A stretch of DNA of 64,000 bases, taken from Candidatus Omnitrophota bacterium (lineage in GTDB: Bacteria > Omnitrophota > Gorgyraeia > Gygaellales > Profunditerraquicolaceae). Positions 45,001 through 57,000 of this stretch are shown here, in pieces (position 1 is the stretch's first letter; every line of letters begins with the position of its first letter). The notes beneath the pieces are model-generated. The model was not told the DNA's origin, did no database searches, and worked only from the letters and a program-made list of their open reading frames with translations. The stretch spans positions 69,302 to 133,301 of the forward strand of contig JAQUOV010000003.1 of assembly GCA_028716965.1 (NCBI GenBank), written 5' to 3'. The position numbers and the translations under genes are program-made.

Positions 45001-48000
45001 CTGCCTACCCTGACCTTGATACTTCCGCCCGCCTCTAATTCTCCTGTAAACCGTGATGTCAAGATGCTTTTTCTATCCCTTTTCTCTTTCACATCTTCGA
45101 CCTTTACCCTGATGCTTTCTCCTCCTGTCAACAACTCCAATGCCTCCAGCTTGATATAGAGAGTGGCCTGATCCAGGGTGGAATGTAACACAAAGCTGTT
45201 ACTGAGCCCTAATTTTTCTCCCAGCTCCTTCATAGATTCCACAAACATGTTCTCATTTACCCTGCCCTCTTCTCCCAGCGCCTTGTTCTTTATATGCTGT
45301 CCGACGAAGATGAAATTAGGCAGACTTCCTCCTTCAAGGGTTATCACCCCGCTTAGCACCAGGCGATTATCAACCTCTCCCGCCACGTCCAGGAGATAAT
45401 GGATAAAGTAAAGCCAATCCAAGGGAGCTTTATCTGACCCCCGGTTGATCAATTCCTTTGTTTCTGCCTGCAATACTTTTACTACTTCCTGCTTTAGAGT
45501 TGCTCCTTTCTCAAGGCCCTTAAACCTATACCTCAATGCCGTCCTCTTAGCCTGGATTCTGTCGTTCTCCCTGATAGTCAAAGTTGCCTCAAGGTTCATC
45601 GGGTCTCCGGGAGAAGGGATATACCCCCATCCTGCTTTCTTAAGCATTTCCTGTAATTTACGGGAGCTTCCGCCATCATCATGGGGAGAACAAATAATCG
45701 CTATGCTTAAATTTTCGCGGCCGAAGACATCTCCAAGCAGGTTTTCCATGAGGATCGTCGGCACCCCTCCTGAACCACCCATTATTCCCACTATATTAGG
45801 CTTATTGTAAACACTCCTGTCTTCCGGCATCTTATTTAAAACAGGATTATCCCCTTCAGCCATCAATATTACGTCCTTGAACTTTATTTTCCCTTCTTTA
45901 TCGCTATTAATAATCCTGCTGATAAACCTGTTTAATTCATTGCGCCTGCCACCGAACACTTTTAATAAATCATTGTAATAGGGATTAAATAGGATTATTT
46001 CCAGGACCTCTTCTAATTCTTTGTCCGCCTGTCCTTGTCTTTTCTTAAGGGCGTGCCTCTCCCCGCTTTCCAGAAATTTCTTCAGCCTATTTAGCTCTCC
46101 TACCCCGATCAAAACGCTCAATAGTTCATCAAATTCGCCAATCCAGATATCTTTGTCATTTACTTTCTCCGTAATACGCCATTTTGCCTTGATATCCTTT
46201 ACCAAAGTGTCTTTTTCCCTGCCATCTTTTTTACCGAACCCTTTAGTATATAAAGAGCATACTGTATTGCTTTTTAAGTCGTGACGATCCAATAATTCCA
46301 CCAAAACTGCCAGCTTCTGTCTTGCGCTAAGTTCGCTGCCCAGGACGGTATCAAAAAATTCTTCTGTCTTTTGGTGGTGCTTGGCCCATGCGTCAGCGGT
46401 CATCCTGGAATATAACGGTGCAACTAAATTAAAATCGAGCAGTCCTTCATCCAAACCATCTACTATAATCGTATAAGTAAGCTCGCCTATCCGGCTATCC
46501 GTTTTGCTGCGCATTGCCATCATCAATTCGAAAAACTCTTTTTCCAGGCCAAAAATAGGAGCAACCATAAACATCTTGCGCAATACCATGCCATAAGCAT
46601 TTATATCTTTAATGCACAAGCCTAAAAGAAGCTCTTCCACCTTAGGCGCCTTACCCCGCTCCAGCAATTTTATCAATGCCGCGGCAAAGCTTGTATCATT
46701 GCCATCAGATCCATTTCCAACAAGTTTTACCCCCTCATTAACAGATAACTTAAACAACTTTTTTGCAAGATTAAGTTCCTGTTGCATAAGGCCATATATA
46801 CCATATTTTATTAACCCTCGTCCCGAAGGGATAACTGTATTAGCAAGCTTAACGCCTTTTTTGACCCGGACACCACGTTCTACCAACGCGTTGCTTACAT
46901 CTGCCCCTCCTCCTATTATTACCCTTCCCAAAAGCCTGACATTACTTAAAGTTACATCCCTACCCAACCTAACTCCCTCTCTCTTGGCCCCTCCCAGATC
47001 TAAATGCACGCGGCCAATGATGCGTAACCCCCTACCTATTCTTTTGGAAATATTACTGGTAGCAAACCTGCTGTCCGCTCTTCTACCTACGCCTAAGGTC
47101 AATTCGGATTCTACAGTTCTTTTGCCATCTTTAAAATCCTCAAATTCTACTCCTTCAGCCTCTTCTTCATCTTCCGGCGCTTTTTTATGCCTCAGGGCTT
47201 TTCCAAAAATCTCTTTCAATTGCCTTTTATATTGGCTGCTGAAACTGTGCTGCTTCGGGATATCTTTTAAACTCGCGGGAGCTTCCCCTACATCCACAAA
47301 TCCTATCGGCCAGGCGCCATCATATTCTTTCTTCTTTAATTCATTACTTAGCAACCTGATTAAATTCCAGGCCAAGGCAAGCGGCAGTTTTGTCTTATCA
47401 TCCGTCTGCCAATAAGCCTCCCTGCCTCTTCGCCCATGATAAGCGTCAAAATAATTCTCTATATCATTACGGAAGATCACTGTATTGGAATTGATCAGAA
47501 TATTTCCATCTCTGTCTATGGCGTATTCCCCTGTCAATTTTTGTTTCTCTGCCTGAGGCAATAAATGCCAATACTTCAATTCATTACCCAGTTTCTGCAA
47601 TTTATTTTTATCCTCATCTGCCAGCCCGCCCCAGTCAATCAGGGCTACCAACTTTCCCTCCTCGCGCCAGAAATTACCCTTTTTCTCCACCTCAAAGGTC
47701 CCATCGTCCTTACGGGAGGCCTTTTTGCCTCCGGCAGTAATGATATAATCTCCTATTACCGCCTCCATATAGGTTATCAAGCTGGCATTGGTCTTTTTCC
47801 TGTCCTGCGCGCTGGCCATCTCTCCAAAGACTATCTGTTTATAAGCCGTATTATAAAATTCTATTCCCAATGCGTTCTTGGCCAGGCTTGACAAATAATA
47901 TCCCGGTCCGTAGGGCTTACATAAACAAATTATCGCATCTTCGGTAAAATATTTCCTGCGCTTATACAAATCTATTTTATCTTCTGCCAACAGGCCTTCC

Positions 48001-51000
48001 TTCCATCCTTCCGGCAATAACATCCCCGCCTGCTTTTCCTTTATAACGGCGAGCTTTTCTTTTGTAACACGGACATCCTCGCCGCGTTTCTCTTTCTCAA
48101 GGAGCTCCTTCTCCAACGCAACAAATTGCCTCAGGTTATCAGCGCGCTTCTTTTCCATATCATCGATCTTCTCCAGCAATTCAGGTATATATTCATCTTT
48201 AACTATCCAGCGCAACTGGTGCATGGAGATAAATATCACCGGCCTGCTGCCGGGAGTCTTATATGAGCCGTTGATCGCCAGCCTTAAATTGGTTTCCCCT
48301 TGTGCGCCGATAAATAACCCCTTGTGCACCTGGTCGGAGAACCTGCTGCCTTTGCCGGCCAGCGCCACTAATTGCGCGGCGCCGAAGAATTTATTGAAAT
48401 CTTCCCGGGTTACATCCTTCCACAATTTCTTTATTGATTTTGCCGTTTTTACTGCCACCGCTTCCAGGTATGCGCGCGCCCTTCTCACCGCTTCCTGCTC
48501 ATCTTTAACCCGCTGAGAATTTACCAGGTTCTCTATACCGGCATATTCCTCGACCTTCTGCCTGAAAGCGCTTCTATGGAAAACATCCTTGCCGTCATCT
48601 TTTGTATGGCTTATGCCGCAGATAACCGCGTTTATCAACCCTTTACGCACTGCCTGCTTAATACCGGATTTCCTTTCTATTAATCCCAGCTCTATCAGCG
48701 AATCATACAACTCCATATTGTAATCAAAAACCACCTCTGTAAATGTTGTGCCTTTTTCATTTGCCTGCTCCATAATTTCTTCGTTGGCCACGCGTTCATT
48801 ACCGCCGTGCTTTGCCACAATAGCCTTGTATTCATCGGAAGCTATTGCCTGCTTGAATTCTAATAGGGTCTGCCTGGCTACATACTGATTTCTGTCCTCC
48901 TTACCTTCAGCCTTAATAACTTCTCCTGTTTTCTTGAAATAGCTGTCCCCCGTACCAACCGCTATACCGGCGGGTATATACGTAAAGACATACGCCTGTT
49001 GTCTTACGGGAAAACCGGTAGCCATAGATAACCCTTCACCTTTGGCTATTAATTTGTAATACCGTTCGATATTCCATCCCTGCGTACACTCAAAATTTGC
49101 CTGGCCGGAAAATAACCCTATAACCTTATCCGCCCCTTCTCCTCCCAGAAGTTTCGCTAACTCCTCGGTTATCCTCGTTGCGTCTATACCCTGGATTGCC
49201 GGCCCTTTAAGTATATGCACCCTCCTGCCTGTGTCTTTATACGCCCTCAAGTTCTTAAAGATATCTTCGTGCCTCTCAGACTTGTTTTTCAGTATCTCTT
49301 CAACCTGCTCAGATGAAATGTCATTACCCAGCACCTTCTCTTTGCACACCACAAACACCTCAAGGTTCTGGTTAAACTCCATTAATTTCTGGATAAACGC
49401 CAGATCAAATATTGCTTCGCCGTTATTATCAAAGAAATATACCAAACGCACTTTTTTCTGGGAATTTACAACTTCTTCATAAAATCTGCTGAAATCGCGT
49501 TCAAAATCTTTATTTGATAATTCTACGGACTCTGAAAATTTACCCTGTATAAAACCAGTAGGATCATTATCAAACTCCTGGCGTATGATAGGGTTATTGA
49601 TATCTATAACCCCTCCTACAAGCGCCAATTTTAACCAGCGGTCAATCTCTTCTTTGCGGTCAAAAAGCCTGCCGCTACCTGCCTCGTATACCGCGTCTAT
49701 TGCCAAATCATTAGCCATACTATTCACTGCTTTATACGGCTCAAATTCCCCTTGCAGGCTGCCTTCCAATTTTACCTGCATAATCCTACGCACAATATCC
49801 AAAGCGTAACTATTAGTTATGAATTTGCGTAACTGCCTTCCACCCAATTTCTGCGGGCACCACGATAACACCATGCTTACTGCCAATTGCATGTCAGACA
49901 AATACTCTTTTTCTGTACATTTTCCCGGATTTTGCTCTAAGTAAGCCTGCAACTCCTTTGGTATAATGCCCATTAAATATTTATGATAGTTCTCCCAAAA
50001 CGGCTTAGATTCCATCTCACCATGCGTATACAACCCTGCCTTATAATCCCAATGCCTCGGTAGAAGGTCTATTACCTTTATATAATCCGGCACATCGGTA
50101 TCCAATATAGGCAACCCTAAAACTTCGCGAATTATATACTCCTCCATATCCTTTTGAGTAATAGATTCTGCTGTAATCTTTTTTGCTTCAGGCTGCTGAT
50201 TTCTCCATTCAGCAACAAGTTCCTTATTAACCCAGTTGAATATTCCATTTATCTGCTCAAAGCTTGGAGTCTCCTCCCCCAGCGCCGATGAGGCCCCCGA
50301 GATCTGGCTGTACAGCCAGTTTGCCGCATTGATGGTGTTCTGGATATATGTTCCCCTTTCCTGCGGGTCATATCCTTTAAAGTCGTTGTTTCTGTAATTA
50401 TCGCGCTCTCTTAAGGCCTTGATCTTTTCAAGCATCCAGGCGGATATCTTGGGATCCTCCTCCTGCTGATAAAGCTTTAGATAATCCGCCGCGTCATCTC
50501 CAATACCTAAGCGGTATAACATCGCCGGCCTAAAGAAGCTGTCTAAGTAGGCTGTATCCTGGCGCTGGTCTAATACATCCCAGAGCCCCTGTATATAAAG
50601 TGGATCTGCTTTCTGGATATCAGAGGACAAAACATAGTAAGCGCCGAGTATCCCTTTGGCTGGATCTTTGTTATCAATAGCATGGTCTAAGGGATATTCA
50701 ACCATCTGCAGGATATTGTTTCGTAAGACAATTGTCTTGGTAGAACCGGCACTTACATTGATTACCTGCTTGAGATTGCCTCTTAACATCCAGGCAAGGG
50801 AGCCTGGACCGGCAATAAGCGTACCGCAGCGGCTGTTGACCACAACGCTGTCTACAAGGCTGCCTGCATTGATTATAGAGTTGATCACCACTACCTTTCC
50901 TTTGATATGCAGGTCCCCTCTCTTGTAAGAGGCTTCTGCCTCAGGGCTGTTGATAAAGAGAGGATATTTGCTTGATTGGGGGATCTTCAGCAGCGCACAG

Positions 51001-54000
51001 AGCACCTCTTTATTGCCTGTCTCTTCGGATAACAAATCATTGTAACTCTTAAACAGCGTAGGCGCTTCGCCGATATCGATGAAGCGGGATTCTTTTCCGG
51101 CGTCAAGGTAAACTAAACCGTCAACGCTTTCGCGTTCGCAGAGGACTTCTTTTAAACGCTGGGCAAGGTCATATATATAACCATAACGTTCAGTATCGGC
51201 AGCAGTAAGCTCATTGGTATGGGATTTCTTGGTCTTAAGAAGCAGGTATTTCTGCAGGGTCGGCTGGGTCACTGCCTGCAGGATATCAATAGAGAAGTCC
51301 AGGTTGAGCATCTTTAATTGCTGTTTAAGCTCTTCCTGCCTGTCCTTAGTCTCGGTAACAGCCAACTGCTTATGCAAGGCAAGTTTCTGCTGGAAGATGG
51401 TTTCATAATAGAGATCCACTACTACCCTGGCTGCCTCCAGGCTGTATCTGTGGTTCCACCAGTTAAAATTAGTATGGCCGCGTTCAAGGATATCCTTTAA
51501 TTCCATCCAGGTCATCGGCTTTTCGATCATCCTGCTGATCAACAGCGGGCTGTCTTCATCAGGCCAGATCTGGCCTAACTGGCTGATCTTGTAAAGCACC
51601 GGAGTATGGATCTTGCCGAGCCTGCCTTTATCCTTACCTAAGTACTCTTTTAATTTATCGTTAAGTTCGGATTCGGATAGCTTAAGGATAAGACGGTTAC
51701 CTTCCCTGTATATCCAACCCATGGCAATACACTCCTCTACTGCCTGCCGGGCATCCGCATAGTTGCCGAATACCTCAATGCCTTTGCCTAAGCCTCTTAC
51801 CGGCTGGGATATCGCCCAGAACTGGTCATTGGAGATGCAGGTAATAGAGCCTTTTGGAGTATCATCCAGTAATTGCAGAGCCTGCAGGTAAACCTGCTCA
51901 TTCAATTCCAGGGTAACACCTTTGTATACTGCCGGCACGATATTGCAGCCTTTATAGCCAAAACGGCTGGCAGTAAGAGGATAACCGCGGCTGCCTGTGC
52001 CTGCGGTATGTATCATCAGGACTTGCGGGTTAACAGGAAGCCTGCCTTCTTTGATAAGGCCAAGGATATAATGCTGGACAAAGACAGCGCCGTCAAAGTT
52101 ATACATCTCTACCTCTATACCTTCCATGGTACGGGAGATAACTTCTACCTTGGTGTCTTTGAAGAGTTCGCTTATAGGATGGCTGTTAAAACGCTGTCTT
52201 AAGAAGATTGCGTCTTTTTCGGAAGCAGTGGTATAAAACACCAGGTCAAAATTCCTGCCGCTTGCCAAATGCTCCTGCGCGCGCTGGATATAGTAGAGTG
52301 AAGCTTGGGGAGTCTGGTTCTTTACCGCGCGCAGGCCGATAATGAACTCTTCATGTTCCTTAATTAAGGTGATGAGCTCTTCCGGAGTATTCTTCTCAAG
52401 GAAGTTAAGCACTTCAGTACGGTAAATCTTATGTTCAAGCCAATGCCCGATTACGGCCTCAACCAGCTCAAGCTTATTTCTTAATGGCGCCAGGTTATCA
52501 AAGTGATTTTTCATCTCTCGGCTGATAAGCTCTTGCTCAAGAAGGTTATTAGTAAACAGGCGGCGTTCAAAATTCGGCAGCGCGCGTATAAATAGTTCAT
52601 GGAAGGAATTGACATCAGTATTATTTAGAAGCGGGGCAAAGAATGATGCTGCGATATGCTGGATCCTTAGTGAATTTGAGCGGGTTTTCTTGACAAAAGA
52701 ATTTATTAACGATACGATGGCAGCGAGTTCTTCCAGGGCTGTCTCTGCCGGGTTTGGCGCCCGCGCCTGCACGTGCTTAAGCAGAAGATGTAAAAGTATA
52801 TGGCGGAACTCTTCATAGAGCAGCTGATGGTATAAAAGGCTTGGCTCCTCCAGGAGAAGGTTATCAATAATTAAGGTAAGTTTATCTTCATTGTAGTAAA
52901 CAGCAGAGAGTTTTTTATAACCGGTGCGTACCTCAAGATTCAGCCCGGCCTCAATAAGCTCAGGATACATTTTACATCCTGTTTCATATATACCTGCCAG
53001 GTTCTTGGAAGCCGCTATCCTGCCTGCGCGGCGCAGGCTTGCGATAACATCAGGGAAGCTTCCGCTTAAGAGGACCTGCGAGATCTGTCCTTCAGAGAGA
53101 CGGTTAGCAAAAGAAGAGGTAAAGAGCGTGGTAACAAAAGCACCTAATCCTTCCTCCCCCAGCGCCGATGAGGCCCCCGAGATCTGGCTGTACAGCCAGT
53201 TTGCCGCATTGATGGTGTTCTGGATATATGTTCCCCTTTCCTGCGGGTCATATCCTTTAAAGTCGTTGTTTCTGTAATTATCGCGCTCTCTTAAGGCCTT
53301 GATCTTTTCAAGCATCCAGGCGGATATCTTGGGATCCTCCTCCTGCTGATAAAGCTTTAGATAATCCGCCGCGTCATCTCCAATACCTAAGCGGTATAAC
53401 ATCGCCGGCCTAAAGAAGCTGTCTAAGTAGGCTGTATCCTGGCGCTGGTCTAATACATCCCAGAGCCCCTGTATATAAAGTGGATCTGCTTTCTGGATAT
53501 CAGAGGACAAAACATAGTAAGCGCCGAGTATCCCTTTGGCTGGATCTTTGTTATCAATAGCATGGTCTAAGGGATATTCAACCATCTGCAGGATATTGTT
53601 TCGTAAGACAATTGTCTTGGTAGAACCGGCACTTACATTGATTACCTGCTTGAGATTGCCTCTTAACATCCAGGCAAGGGAGCCTGGACCGGCAATAAGC
53701 GTACCGCAGCGGCTGTTGACCACAACGCTGTCTACAAGGCTGCCTGCATTGATTATAGAGTTGATCACCACTACCTTTCCTTTGATATGCAGGTCCCCTC
53801 TCTTGTAAGAGGCTTCTGCCTCAGGGCTGTTGATAAAGAGAGGATATTTGCTTGATTGGGGGATCTTCAGCAGCGCACAGAGCACCTCTTTATTGCCTGT
53901 CTCTTCGGATAACAAATCATTGTAACTCTTAAACAGCGTAGGCGCTTCGCCGATATCGATGAAGCGGGATTCTTTTCCGGCGTCAAGGTAAACTAAACCG

Positions 54001-57000
54001 TCAACGCTTTCGCGTTCGCAGAGGACTTCTTTTAAACGCTGGGCAAGGTCATATATATAACCATAACGTTCAGTATCGGCAGCAGTAAGCTCATTGGTAT
54101 GGGATTTCTTGGTCTTAAGAAGCAGGTATTTCTGCAGGGTCGGCTGGGTCACTGCCTGCAGGATATCAATAGAGAAGTCCAGGTTGAGCATCTTTAATTG
54201 CTGTTTAAGCTCTTCCTGCCTGTCCTTAGTCTCGGTAACAGCCAACTGCTTATGCAAGGCAAGTTTCTGCTGGAAGATGGTTTCATAATAGAGATCCACT
54301 ACTACCCTGGCTGCCTCCAGGCTGTATCTGTGGTTCCACCAGTTAAAATTAGTATGGCCGCGTTCAAGGATATCCTTTAATTCCATCCAGGTCATCGGCT
54401 TTTCGATCATCCTGCTGATCAACAGCGGGCTGTCTTCATCAGGCCAGATCTGGCCTAACTGGCTGATCTTGTAAAGCACCGGAGTATGGATCTTGCCGAG
54501 CCTGCCTTTATCCTTACCTAAGTACTCTTTTAATTTATCGTTAAGTTCGGATTCGGATAGCTTAAGGATAAGACGGTTACCTTCCCTGTATATCCAACCC
54601 ATGGCAATACACTCCTCTACTGCCTGCCGGGCATCCGCATAGTTGCCGAATACCTCAATGCCTTTGCCTAAGCCTCTTACCGGCTGGGATATCGCCCAGA
54701 ACTGGTCATTGGAGATGCAGGTAATAGAGCCTTTTGGAGTATCATCCAGTAATTGCAGAGCCTGCAGGTAAACCTGCTCATTCAATTCCAGGGTAACACC
54801 TTTGTATACTGCCGGCACGATATTGCAGCCTTTATAGCCAAAACGGCTGGCAGTAAGAGGATAACCGCGGCTGCCTGTGCCTGCGGTATGTATCATCAGG
54901 ACTTGCGGGTTAACAGGAAGCCTGCCTTCTTTGATAAGGCCAAGGATATAATGCTGGACAAAGACAGCGCCGTCAAAGTTATACATCTCTACCTCTATAC
55001 CTTCCATGGTACGGGAGATAACTTCTACCTTGGTGTCTTTGAAGAGTTCGCTTATAGGATGGCTGTTAAAACGCTGTCTTAAGAAGATTGCGTCTTTTTC
55101 GGAAGCAGTGGTATAAAACACCAGGTCAAAATTCCTGCCGCTTGCCAAATGCTCCTGCGCGCGCTGGATATAGTAGAGTGAAGCTTGGGGAGTCTGGTTA
55201 TAAACATCCCTTAAAGAAGAGACCAGCCAGGAGTAGCGCTCTAGATCAGCGAATATATCCTCTAAAACAGTAACCCTAAGATAATCTAAAATCTCTTCGC
55301 GGTAGAGGTTATGCTGAAGGTAGTGTTGGATGAGTTCAGGGATTATTGCTTTAGTTGAGTAAAGCGGGGGTAGAGAGTCTATCTCCTGTTTGATACCTTC
55401 GGAAATAATCTTGTGATTTAGTAATAGATACAGCCTTTCTTTTTTGTTTGGAGACAGGGAGCGTAATAATATTTTATAGAAACCATTTTTATCGGTAGAG
55501 TTGATTAGGGGCAAGATAATGTTCTTTTGTTTCTTTGGGGGGAGCTTACCGAACATTTCCAGAAGCCGCATATCCGTGAGCAATTCTTCTAAAGCAATCT
55601 CTTCAAAGTTAGGCGCGCGGGCGCGGACATTGCTCATAAGTATCTGTATTAGCAAATGATGGAATTCTTCATGCATAAGCAGAAGTTGAAGCAGGCGGGA
55701 GTGCTCTAAAAGAAAATCTTCTATTAAAAGAGTAAGCCTGCCGGTGCGGTAATATACAGCAGAGAGTTTATTGTAGCCAGAGGTAATCTCTATCTGGAAG
55801 CCGGATTCGTCTAATTCGGGGTACTCTTTCTTGGCGCGGTTAAATACTTCAGAAAGGTTGCGTGCCTGATTTAACCTGCCTGCTGAACGCAGCGCGGTTA
55901 AAACTTCCTCTTTACTGCCGCGGTAAAGCACATTGAGCACCTGGCCTTCAGCGAGGCGCGTGGCGATTGAAGAGGTTAATAAGGATTCGGACGCGAGAAC
56001 TGGAGAGGCCGCTCCGTTTTCAATGCTGCTCCGATACAATTCCAGATATTTGGCAGCCGATATTTCCCAGCCGAAATTGCCATTTATGGCATTATTAATT
56101 AAAGCCAGCCTGTCTTCATCCTTCTGCCAAGCCATTATCGCCCGTTTAATAGCCGCTACCATTGCATCGGTGTTACACGGTTCAAAGAGAAAACCGTTTC
56201 CCTGCTTTGTCTTGGGATTAAATTCTACTACGGTATCTGCCAGGCCGCCTGTTTCGGAAACAACCGGGATTGTTCCGTTAACAAGGGAATAGATCTGGGT
56301 TAATCCGCAAGGTTCATACCTGGAAGGCATCAAGAATATATCCACTCCTGCCACAAGCAGCTTACCCAACGTTTTTATAACAGGATCATGCTGCTTGATT
56401 TTCATTCTAGTGCCTATACCATAATGCAGGCTGACCCTGCGCCTTAGCTGTTCAGGGAGAAGCCGAGTACGGTCTGTAAATTCCCTAAACAAGCTGTCAT
56501 CATCAGAACCAATCAATACAAACTGCACCCCCAGTTGCATAATTTCCTCAAATTTGTTCAGGATAAAATCAGCTCCTTTTTGCCTTGCAAAGCGGGTAAA
56601 CACTCCGATGATTGGCATATCAGAAAGCTCTAAATTCAATTCCCTTTGCAGCATAGCTTTATACCTGCCTTTGCCTGCTAAAACATTAGGCAGGTTATAT
56701 TCCTCTTCATTTCCTAATGATTTCCATTCATCATAATCTACGCCATTAAGTATTCCATGAAGATGCGCTTTCCTCTCTGATAGAACGCCTTCTAAGCCGG
56801 CGCCGAATTCTTCTCCGGGCTTTAAGATTTCCTTGGCGTACCTGTCGCTTACCGTCGTAATCTCATCCGCATAAATAATCCCGCCTTTCATAAGGTTAAT
56901 CTGGCCGTAAAATTCCAAGCCGTCAATGTTAAGCATCTCTTCCCTGTTTAACCCGGTAAGCTCAAAAAGATGATCATCAAACTTTCCCTGATAGTCAGGG

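Noticed and set aside
50272-55199. Insertion sequence or mobile element explaining the 2-kb duplication
   Set aside because: There are no terminal inverted repeats and no transposase-like translation. The copies are in-frame coding segments (nucleotidyltransferase-like), and the 2,880-bp offset is a multiple of 3. It is a tandem segmental duplication, not a mobile element.
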